64,000 nt of DNA, from contig CP075493.1 of assembly GCA_021613535.1 (NCBI GenBank), positions 7,378,001 through 7,442,000 on the forward strand, in the 5' to 3' direction. This stretch comes from Adineta vaga. Its lineage: Eukaryota > Animalia > Rotifera. The position numbers and the translations under genes were made by a program. This document shows, piece by piece, positions 1 through 9,519 of this stretch. The number at the start of each line of letters is the position of its first letter. The stretch's first letter is position 1. The notes under the pieces were generated by a model that worked only from the letters and a program-made list of their open reading frames with translations, had not been told where the DNA came from and did no database searches.

Positions 1-334
1 ATTCGAAAGTTTCATCATGAAAAACTAGAAATATAGAGCTAATAATTAGGATGAACTTTCTTTTATAACAAATAAGCAAACATTTTGATTAGTTCGAAAG
101 TAAACTATTTTCTAAATGGTAAATATACGTCTTATAGCTAAAGAAGGTAGAAAAGACCCTTTATTAAATATGTTCTCGATACTATTTTTCTGTTAAAATT
201 GACATATTTATTTACAGAAAGAGAAATGATCTTTACTCAATTTTATATTTTTATAAATTTATCAATGTAAAAATAAGATAAAATAAATGTGTTGTTTTTC
301 AAAACATTGAATCAATTGTTTTCCAGTTCATCTA

Positions 335-1138
335 TCAGGAAATATTTTCAGCGACAGTCGAACATTTTCTATTTGTTTCCGGTACTTTTTCTACGGTAAA
401 TCTAATTGAATGATTATTTGATCGTTTCTGTGATTCATTTGTAGTGAGTAATGTAGATTGTTTTTCAGTCATAGGCAGTTCTTCTTGTGTCGGTGGTACG
501 GGTGTTTGTGGTTGAGAATTAACTCGAAAGATGGGTCGTCGATTATGTAAAGAACCTCCACTTGATCGACGTGAAATAAATCTTTTAGAGAAAAATTTTG
601 ATGTATCAAATCGATTATCATGTGATGTATGAAGTTGTGTTATTGGAAGGGTATCACTATCATGATCCTCTGCGTTTCGTGCATTCATACGATGTATATC
701 TGCTAATTTTCTATTGATATGTCCAATTGTGACACTATCTGCTGTTATCGTTTGATAATATTGTGCATGTGGTTCATTCTGTTTTTCTGCTGTAGAATAA
801 TAGATTTTCCAAAGACGTTGTCGATTTTCTGGATCTCTTAATTCGTAAAGAATTTGTTTTTTCGTATTATCAGCTTGAATATCATGATATCGAGCAAATG
901 GATTTGCATTCGATGATGCCGATTTACCAGATGTTTCATAATCAAATAAAAATCGACTTTCAAACGTTCGTGGACGTACACGAAAGAAAAGCATTAGAAC
1001 TAAACCAGCTGAATACCATATTAAAATAACAGCAATATATATAGCTGCACCTTCATAATCATAATCATTTGCTGAATCGTTCGTTGCTGTCGTACTGCCA
1101 ACTATCGATGAGTTTGGTGGTGTCACCAACGATACCAT
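335..1138 (-). CDS. Single-pass membrane protein with KCNE/SMIM34-like TM motif, intronless (alternative start at 1201)
   Basis: 288-aa ORF. Short S/T-rich N-terminus with NxS sequons (NSS, NDS), one hydrophobic helix GAAIYIAVILIWYSAGLVLMLFF followed by basic RVRPR, then a long polar cytoplasmic tail. Confidence 0.7.
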   Translation of the reverse strand: MVSLVTPPNSSIVGSTTATNDSANDYDYEGAAIYIAVILIWYSAGLVLMLFFRVRPRTFESRFLFDYETSGKSASSNANPFARYHDIQADNTKKQILYELRDPENRQRLWKIYYSTAEKQNEPHAQYYQTITADSVTIGHINRKLADIHRMNARNAEDHDSDTLPITQLHTSHDNRFDTSKFFSKRFISRRSSGGSLHNRRPIFRVNSQPQTPVPPTQEELPMTEKQSTLLTTNESQKRSNNHSIRFTVEKVPETNRKCSTVAENIS

Positions 1139-1857
1139 TGGATTATCTAAAAGAAAATGTCCTGATCGTTTTCTTTTCTCTCGATTTGAATAAACGAGCA
1201 TATCAATATGTCATTCGTTATATAAAAGAAAGATTATGTAAAAGGTGGTAATGTGGTTGAATAAAATATACGAAGATTAATCTCGTCAAACAAGTTGACA
1301 TATGAGATGTAACATGATGAAAATCAAATCTTTAAAGAACAAAGAATCATTCTTTTTACAAACTAAATGAATGCAGTCAACTATAGTTAAAAATTTAGGA
1401 AACAAAACAAGGCATCGCCTTCATTTACTTACTTTTCTTTCGTACAAAAAACATGTTTTCATAACGTATTCTTTTGTACACATATCTATATTCTTTGTTA
1501 TCATTATGCACTTACCTGTCGAAATAAAAACAAAAAATGAATCGTGTTGTTTTCGTTTTCTTTTCTTCTTACTTGAGATAATATCAACTGTGATTATCAT
1601 CATTATTTTTAATAACATTCAAAACGACTTGTATTAACACATGACTGCATCGAATATAGTTATTCATGATGTTTCACCTTCGATTATCAAACCTTCAATA
1701 TTATATTAGAAGTAAAACGATGTGTAATAAATATTAATCGTTTCTTTTTTCATAGAGACTCATTGAAGATTAAACAGTGATTTTTTTATTATTCTTCTAG
1801 TTTTTTTACAAGTGGTTATACAGGTAGTTATTAAAAAAGAATCAACACATCAAAAGA

Positions 1858-2325
1858 TTATAACTGAGATTGACGAAGAACATCGACAATATCTTGATTA
1901 ACTGCCGTCGCTTTGTCTATCGGTGTTTGTCCGTCAATGTCTTTTAAAGTTAGATCAGATTGAAAATGAAGTAGATGACGAACTGCATCGATATTATTAA
2001 ATGTAATAGCACGATGAAGTGGAGTGGATTGTGATGCTCGAGTCTGACAATTCGGATTCGCTCCATGTTCAAGTAATAGACGGCAAGCAAGTGCGGGTTG
2101 AAAACGAACGCTATAATGAAGTGGAGTATAACCACTAGAATCACATCGATTGATTGTTTTACAATCGGATGATTTTAATCGTTCACGAAGTTCATCAAGA
2201 TCATTTTGTTGTGCAGCTGACCAAAGTCCACGTCGAAATTCCAATTCATCAAGTGTTTCATAAACACTTGCATTTATATTTGATGATAAATGGCACTGAC
2301 AATCATGTGAAGTATGTTCACTCAT
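1858..2325 (-). CDS. ANKRD39: Ankyrin repeat domain-containing protein 39
   Basis: VYETLDELEFRRGLWSAAQQNDL matches the ANKRD39 N-terminal signature (QTLEEMDFERGIWSAA). Ankyrin motifs GYTPLHY, STPLHRA, GQTPID follow. ATG at 2325. Confidence 0.88.
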   Translation of the reverse strand: MSEHTSHDCQCHLSSNINASVYETLDELEFRRGLWSAAQQNDLDELRERLKSSDCKTINRCDSSGYTPLHYSVRFQPALACRLLLEHGANPNCQTRASQSTPLHRAITFNNIDAVRHLLHFQSDLTLKDIDGQTPIDKATAVNQDIVDVLRQSQL

Positions 2326-2618
2326 TTTCGTTTTCTTAAAAACAAACGAAATCAATTTTCTATCTGACAAGAATTATCAGTTCATTTTTTTTTCATTTTC
2401 AAAAATCAACTATACAAAAAAAAACATGAATTATCTAACAAAAGTCGGAAAACAAAACAAAAAACCAATTGCAATAATTATTAACACTAAAGAAAACAAA
2501 AACAATATCTGACAATATGGCTTATTAACAAAAACAAAAAAGAAGAAAAACAAAACAAAATGCGTAGAACAAATAAATTAAGAGAAATGATAAATTAAGA
2601 CTACTAACAAAAACAAAC

Positions 2619-4330
2619 TTAACGCATTCGATTTAATCCATTTAATTTTGAATCAGGATTACGAACACATTTAGCTTTAGCAAAGACATTCCAAAATCGA
2701 AGAGTTTCATCACCAGCACCTGTTACAATTGATTCACCATCTGGACTCATTGCTAAATAGAGCACACGTTGTTGATGACCTAATAGTTTCGCTAATGGTT
2801 GCATGGTAGGATATTTCCAAACGACAATTTGATTTTGTGAATAACCATGAGTTGAAGCAAGTTCATTCGGAGAATTTTTTGACCAAACTAATTGACATAC
2901 TTGAGAACCTGTATCACATACACTTAATGTTTGACATGTTAATGATGAACGAAAACGAATATGTCGATCAGCTGTACCACCACCTGATGCCATTAAACCA
3001 TGTTGATGTGGTGACCATGCAATAGCTTTAACGGCAGCTAAATGATCATCAAATGAATGTAAAGGTTGAGCAGGTTGACTTTTTGACCAAAGAAAAAGAC
3101 GATTATCATTTCCACCACTTGCTAATATCGATTTATCTGGTGACCATTTTAAACCACAAACTTCTTGTGTATGACCATGAAATATATGTGTAGTTGATTG
3201 TTGACGAATTTCATGTTCCATTATTGAACGATCACGAGAACCAGAACATAATGTCCAATCATTCCAAGCTAACGTACCAACACGACTGGTATGTTTGCAT
3301 ATGGATTGTAAACGTTTTTGAGTTGTAACATCGTATATATGAACATGACCGCGATTTGTACCTAGAAATTGAAGATAATATTTTGATTTCGATTGCTAGT
3401 TTTTGTGTCGTTAAAAGATCTATTCTAGGACAAGTGATTCTTACCGACAGCTAATATATTTGACCAATCCGCCCATGCAACCGATGTAACTGTATCTGAA
3501 CTAACAATACTCGATTGATTGTTACTTCCTGTTGGTACTTGTGTGTGTGTGAGATCACATAATAATTGCACATTATTTGTTTGAGCATTACATAAATAAA
3601 CACAAGCACCAAGACCAACACTGAGTACATTCGATGATGACCAATCAATTAAATTTAAATAAAAATCATCATGTAAATCTGGAGCATCCAAGACTTTATA
3701 TGGAACTTTTGGAATACGTCGAATGGATTTCTTTGGTGAATAAAGTAAATGTACAGATGCATTCGACAGAGGCGAATGAGTAAAATGATGTTTATTAATC
3801 AATGTTGATGTTGGAACACAATTTTCTGCACGTTCTGAATAACGAAAGATTGGTGTTGATGATGATGATGATAAAACAGATGAATTCTCTTTATTGATTA
3901 AACATTTTTTTGGTGTTACTATTTTATAATTTTCTTGATTTGTATTTTGTACATCGGATATTTTTAAAATTGAATCAACATTGGTGTTTAATAATGTATT
4001 TTGTAATAATTGTCGATAGATAGCTAAATCAGGTTCATTTGCAGTAATACCCGATCCAAGACCAATTTGATTTTGTTCATATTTTCGTTTTTTATTTGGT
4101 GATGTTGTTATAGATGCTGATGATGATGGAGATGGACATTGTTGATTAGGTGATGATGATGTCGTGATTTGATAGTGTAAATCTGAAGTTGCTATCGAAG
4201 ATCGAAATGGAATGAATCGATCACTTGTTTTAACAGGTGATTGAAATGGACTTTTGAATGGTGATAAAGATTGTAAAGAACTTTGACCATTCATGGAAAA
4301 ACGAAGACGACGCTCGAAATGAGCATCCAT
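2619..4330 (-). CDS. FZR1: Fizzy-related / Cdh1 APC/C activator; 2 exons (4330-3445, 3361-2619)
   Basis: C-box SDRFIP, KVLDAPDLHDDFYLNLIDWSS, WD40 repeats with ASGGGTADR, STHGYSQNQI and GAGDETLRFWNVF. GT-AG intron 3362-3444 joins the two ORFs in frame. Confidence 0.95.
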
Positions 4331-4962
4331 GATTTAATTTAATTTAATTTAATTTAAGTAAAAAAGAGAGGAAAAAAAGTGTAATAAATAGAAAAGAAAA
4401 AAAACTGACTAGACTACAGATCTAAAAGTATGAAAAAAGTGCCGTTGTTGCTCGATGTTCAACAACGAATACCGTATTGAACGGTGATCTATGAGATGGG
4501 AGTGTTTAGCCGTTAGTCCGTCTTTGTTTCATGCAACAAAGAACAACGATGAAGAAAGGACTAAAAATTAACCAATACTAAATAGTAATGTTCACCTTCA
4601 CTAAATGTTCAATGAATTTTTATTCTATTAATAAAAAAAAATTAATATTTAAAAATAAAGATGCGAATATAAACTATTTTCCAAACAGAAGTATAGATGG
4701 CGCTGTAAGAAGAGAAGATGGGTTTCTTTTTTTTTCGCAGACTGATGAACATCACATCACCTATTTTTGAATCTAATGAGTGAAATAAAAGTTGAAAGGA
4801 AAAGAAGAAATTTAATTACTGATGTTGTCAGTCTGCTGGGTTTTTTCCCAGAAAAAAAGAGTCTCATATAGTTGTATTCTCTTATCTTGAAATAAATATT
4901 AAACAAGACAGTTATTACTTTCAAATCAAACTTCAATTCTTTTCGTATTGAGTATCAACGCA
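4331..4962. promoter_or_regulatory. Probable bidirectional promoter (FZR1 / LIM-PARP) containing CTCF-like AGATGGCGCTG at 4695-4705
   Basis: Divergent ATGs about 630 bp apart, with a GC-rich motif in an AT-rich background. Confidence 0.5.
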
Positions 4963-7772
4963 ATGTCTTGCAACAATTGTAATGTGAATTTAGCTGGTGT
5001 AGAATATGTTGAAAAAGATGATAAAGATCTATGCATCAGTTGTTTTAATCTATTATTTGGAAAAACATGTACAAAATGTCAAATGTTAATACCTGCTGGC
5101 ACTAAAGTATAACAGTTTTCGATGGTAAATATATAGATATGAATATTTAAGTGTTTAGTTTGCAACAAATGGAGGAAAGTTTTGGCATAAAGATTGTTTT
5201 CAATGTTTTTCATGTAAAAAGAAATTAACAAAATTTGATATCGGTGATGATGAACAATTTTATTGTCATGCGTGTCATAAGGAAAAGTATGGTCCAAAAT
5301 GTATTGTTTGTCATAATGGTATCGTTAAAAGTTAGTACGAATGAATGAAAAAATTCAGTAATTGTATTTGTTAAACTTGATTTTTAGGTTTACGTTATGT
5401 CGAAAATGAAGGCCATTTGTTTCATGAAGATTGTTTTCGATGTAGTTCGAAAACATGTGGGAAAAAGTTAGATGATGGTTTTATTCCTAAAGATAATCAA
5501 TTCTTTTGTCAAGAATGTTACCGTGAAATAGAGTCAAAGGTATATATTTTATGACTATATTAAATAGGTTTTTTCCAATCAATATGTTCGTTCTGTTTTC
5601 AGCATACTTTCAAAGAAACATTCACTTTTGCTAGTCTCATTTTTACGTAAGAAAATGTATTCAAAATTAAACCTTTTGAAAGTTTATGTATATCTTATAT
5701 ATATATATAGCGAGTTAGTACCTGAAGAAGACAAGATTTTAAAATCAATGGCACAATCATTCAAAACTGAATTGACATCAAAAATTCAACCAATCATTAA
5801 AACTCTAAACATTCCGAGAGTGTCCAAGGAAAATTTATTTTTTATTACGACTGATCAAACTCAAACAATTTCATATCTATTTCCAAATATTATCATGAAT
5901 ACAACAGTCTCGAATGGATCTATTCAATTACGAAGTGGTGACTTAGCTAAACAAAAAGTGAGTTATATTACGGAGAACATATTGCATGAACATCTTCTTT
6001 TGTTTGATTTTTTAGGTTGATGTCATTGTTGTCTGTTCAACATCAGAGATACTTCTTAAAAATATCCTACAACAAGCAGGTGTAACTGTTGCAAACGAGT
6101 ATCATCGATTATCAACATCAGTCAATCCACAAGACTCTATTATAGAAACAGGACCAGGAAATTTAAGTTGTCAAGCAATTCTATTTTATCGTTGGACTCC
6201 ACCAACAGATCGCAATAAAACAAAACTATTGACTTCAATATCTGAATATGTATCGAAATTATTAGGTCATATACTTAATCACAAGAAAGTCTATCGAACA
6301 GCAGCATTTCCACCTGTTGAATATGGTTTATCACAATGTCCATTGGATACTATCGCAGAAGCAATGATTAATACAGCTGTAACAAAACTTGCTGAAACAT
6401 TACTTTATTTTACTATTTCATTTATCATTTTACCGAATGAATTTAATGTTCATCAAAAATTTGCAGAGAAATTAGCATCGATACAAAAACAATTAGAACC
6501 ATTTGGTCATGTAGAGTATTCATTGTCACGTGAGTAAAAAATATACATTCGGAAATATAGGAAGTAGAATAATAATTGCTCTCGTAGAAATAAATTTAAC
6601 ATTAACTGCTAAACAAGAAACGAATTTGAAACAATGTGGATCGGCTATTCGAACTTATATGAATACATGTACACAAATCAAATCACACGAAAATGACGAT
6701 TTAAATGTTTGGACACAACAATTAGTTATGAATTTTTATCAACATTGTCTGAATCGTCATATTTGGCCAATGATTAATTTGGAACAAAAAAAATTGACTT
6801 TAACTGGAAAAAAAGAATCGATTGATGCAGCGGATCGACATTTTCTTGAATTAACAAATCAAGCTTTAAAACAATTGCATTTGAAAAATATTTCACGTAA
6901 TGTTGTTTGGGAATATCAAATTGATGCAACGACATGGCAAAGTTATTCATATAATTGTATTGGTGAAATTGAATATGCTCGTACTATTAAAAATTTACCA
7001 ACAGTTTGTATACAATCAATAGGAAACGATCTTCAATTGTTTCATTTATCTTTTAGATTGAGATTACTAATGAACAAGATGAGTTATGTCAAATTAACTT
7101 TGCAAATAGTACAGAAACATTTAATGATCGTATTCGTGCTATTCGACAGCGACATTTAATTAGTGTCAGGTTACCTAATCATTGGCAATGTCAATCAGGT
7201 AATTTCTGTCGTTTTTTACTCAATGAAGATACAGATGAATACAAAAATGTCAAACAATTATTTGATCAAACGATGGCAAATTTATATGTATCTATCAAAT
7301 CTATTGAACGTATTCAAAATCAACGATGGTATAAACAATATACTGCACATCATGAAGCCATGAGTGAACGATTGAAAGAAAATATCGAAAAACGATTATT
7401 TCATGGTTGTACTGAAACAGCAGCTAATAGTATTGTTGAAGAATGTTTTAATCGTTCTTTTGCAGGAATTAATGGTAAATTTATTTATTCAATATCTTCG
7501 TCACAATAAGCAATTTTCTTTTAGGTACGGTCTATGGTCGTGGTGCTTATTTTGCTGCCAATGCTAATTATAGTCATCAATATGCACTACCCAATGCAAA
7601 TGGTGACCGTTATATGTTTGTTGTTTCAGTTCTTGTTGGAAAATCTACTCTTGGTAATACATCAATGAAAGTACCACCATCAGGTTATGATTCAACAACA
7701 GATAATAGACAAATTTTTGTTGTTTATCATGACGCACAAGCTTATGCTGATTATTTAATTACATATCAATAA
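4963..7772 (+). CDS. FHL-type LIM (half + 2) - Macro - WWE - PARP catalytic fusion (PARP14/15-like mono-ART), about 784 aa, 9 exons
   Basis: Exons 4963-5106, 5159-5330, 5388-5539, 5603-5646, 5711-5957, 6016-6529, 6588-7003, 7057-7474, 7525-7772 total 2355 nt in one frame with GT-AG introns. Motifs: CNNC..CISC, CTKC..HKDCFQCFSC..CHAC, CIVC..HEDCFRC..CQEC; GDLAKQKVDVIVV; VVWEY..WQSY; LFHG, YGRGAYFA, YSHQY, IFVVYHDAQAYADYLITY. Confidence 0.88.
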
Positions 7773-7871
7773 TTATTTTTCGTTTTAATGAACAGTTATT
7801 TTTTCTGGTTGAATATATAACTACTATAGTGTGTTTGACATACTCTTCAATATTATACATATTACTGTCAT

Positions 7872-8002
7872 TCAGATAGATCTTCATCGTATTATTCTTT
7901 AAGGACATGACTGACAAACATTATCTGTCTATGACTGTAACCAGTCTCATGTCTGCATACATTAACAATCAGCTGTCTGTCTTTTCTCGACAAGGTCATC
8001 AT
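7872..8002 (-). ncRNA. Candidate orphan box C/D sno/scaRNA with internal branched hairpin
   Basis: On the minus strand: box C ATGATGA (7996-8002), CTGA D' (7969-7972), CTGA D (7872-7875), and an internal GACATGA...TCATGTC stem enclosing two small hairpins. Lies about 120 nt downstream of the last snoRNA of the array. Confidence 0.4.
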
Positions 8003-8120
8003 ATTTTGATATGCACTAGTAATAAAAGAATCATTTATAACTAGTCAAAGTATATATGATAAAAAAGTCTGGAAGAACTTGATCTAAGATACTATTAATG
8101 AGTTGTACGTAATTTCTGTT

Positions 8121-8197
8121 GCCTCAGTTTCAATACCTTCTCAACATGATTTATTCATGACTGTTGAGCTTGAACGGTAGTTTGAATCATCATCGGT
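8121..8197 (-). ncRNA. Box C/D snoRNA copy 1, LSU rRNA 2'-O-methylation guide
   Basis: ATGATGA (C) - TCAAGCTCAACAG guide - ATGA (D') - ATGTTGA (C') - CTGA (D). The guide is complementary to the conserved LSU rRNA segment CUGUUGAGCUUGA. This copy has ACC/GGC termini. Confidence 0.78.
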
Positions 8198-8307
8198 TAA
8201 TATCATGGATAGTATCTGAATAGGTTTGCTTTTTGTATTTAATTTTAGAAAAAGTCTGGAAGGACTTGATCTAAGATACTATTAATGAGTTGTACGTAAT
8301 TTCTGTT

Positions 8308-8384
8308 GCCTCAGTTTCAATACCTTCTCAACATGATTTATTCATGACTGTTGAGCTTGAACGGTAGTTTGAATCATCATCGGC
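8308..8384 (-). ncRNA. Box C/D snoRNA copy 2
   Basis: Same boxes and guide, with a GCC/GGC terminal stem. Confidence 0.8.
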
Positions 8385-8494
8385 TAATATCATGGATAGT
8401 ATCTGAATAGGTTTGCTTTTTGTATTTAATTTTAGAAAAAGTCTGGAAGGACTTGATCTAAGATATTATTAATGAGTTGTACATTATTTCTGTT

Positions 8495-8571
8495 GCCTCA
8501 GTTTCAATACCTTCTCAACATGATTTATTCATGACTGTTGAGCTTGAACGGTAGTTTGAATCATCATCGGC
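8495..8571 (-). ncRNA. Box C/D snoRNA copy 3
   Basis: Same boxes and guide, with a GCC/GGC terminal stem. Confidence 0.8.
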
Positions 8572-8681
8572 TAATATCATGGATAGTATCTGAATAGGTT
8601 TGCTTTTTGTATTTAATTTTAGAAAAAGTCTGGAAGGACTTGATCTAAGATATTATTAATGAGTTGTACATTATTTCTGTT

Positions 8682-8758
8682 GCCTCAGTTTCAATACCTT
8701 CTCAACATGATTTATTCATGACTGTTGAGCTTGAACGGTAGTTTGAATCATCATCGGC
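8682..8758 (-). ncRNA. Box C/D snoRNA copy 4
   Basis: Same boxes and guide, with a GCC/GGC terminal stem. Confidence 0.8.
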
Positions 8759-9519
8759 TAATATCATGGATAGTATCTGATTAGGTTTGCTTTTTGTATT
8801 TAATTTTAGAAAAAAGAAAAGAAAAGAAAAGAATGAACAGCAGCAGCAGCAGCAAACACACATACGCACGCATGCGCATTGCGCATCGGCGATAGTTTCA
8901 GAAGAGAAAAGAAGAAAAAAGATGATATGCATACACACTCACAACTACAAAGTTTTCCGGTGTGCATGAGGTAATGTTCTAAAGTTAGTGGCGTGTGAAT
9001 GACAAGAAAAACCGTATCAAAAAGAAAGAAAGAAAGAAACTTTGCTACGGTAATAACGAAAGTCCATATGTTTTGGTCGTAACAATAAAAGAGAAAGAAA
9101 AACAGAGAGGTAACAACAACAACAGCAACAACAAAAAAGATATCTCAATTGTTGAAGTGCAATACACCATCCACAACAACAATAACAACAACAGCAAAGA
9201 AGAGGAAAAAAATACCTACGAAATCGGGCGAATATCTTAACAAAAGTTTTGCTTTTTAATCGAATCCATTCACTAGGTTTTGACGTTGATAAGTATAACA
9301 AAGAAGAGAAAAGTGAAAGAAGAAAAAAACCAGAAATAACAATGATCAGGCAGAAGAGAGAAGAAAAAATGAAGAAGAAACTGTTCTACAAAATGTGTGT
9401 TATAACGCTTGCTGATTTCAGACTAAAAGAAGAAAATGTTGGGAATAGCTTAGAATGAAGAAATACGCAAGAACAGAGTTCAGTTTTCTTTGTTTTTGTT
9501 TTATGTCAATTTAACCATC

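Larger units (their letters stand above)
8062..8814. repeat. Tandem repeat, 4 near-identical 187-bp units
   Basis: GTCTGGAAG recurs at 8067, 8254, 8441 and 8628 (period 187). Only a few substitutions separate the units. Confidence 0.97.

Noticed and set aside
2519-2530. GGCTTATTA resembling the start of the rotifer spliced-leader exon
   Set aside because: The match stops after about 9 nt, and no donor or Sm site follows.
8075-8220. 9-nt matches to U2 snRNA (AGATCAAGT, TAGTATCTG) in the repeat spacer
   Set aside because: Too short, on opposite strands and not next to a D box, so probably chance.
8062-8814. Repeat as a CRISPR array or coding minisatellite
   Set aside because: The units are near-identical with no unique spacers, there are no cas genes, the context is eukaryotic, and 187 is not a multiple of 3 with stops in the frames checked.
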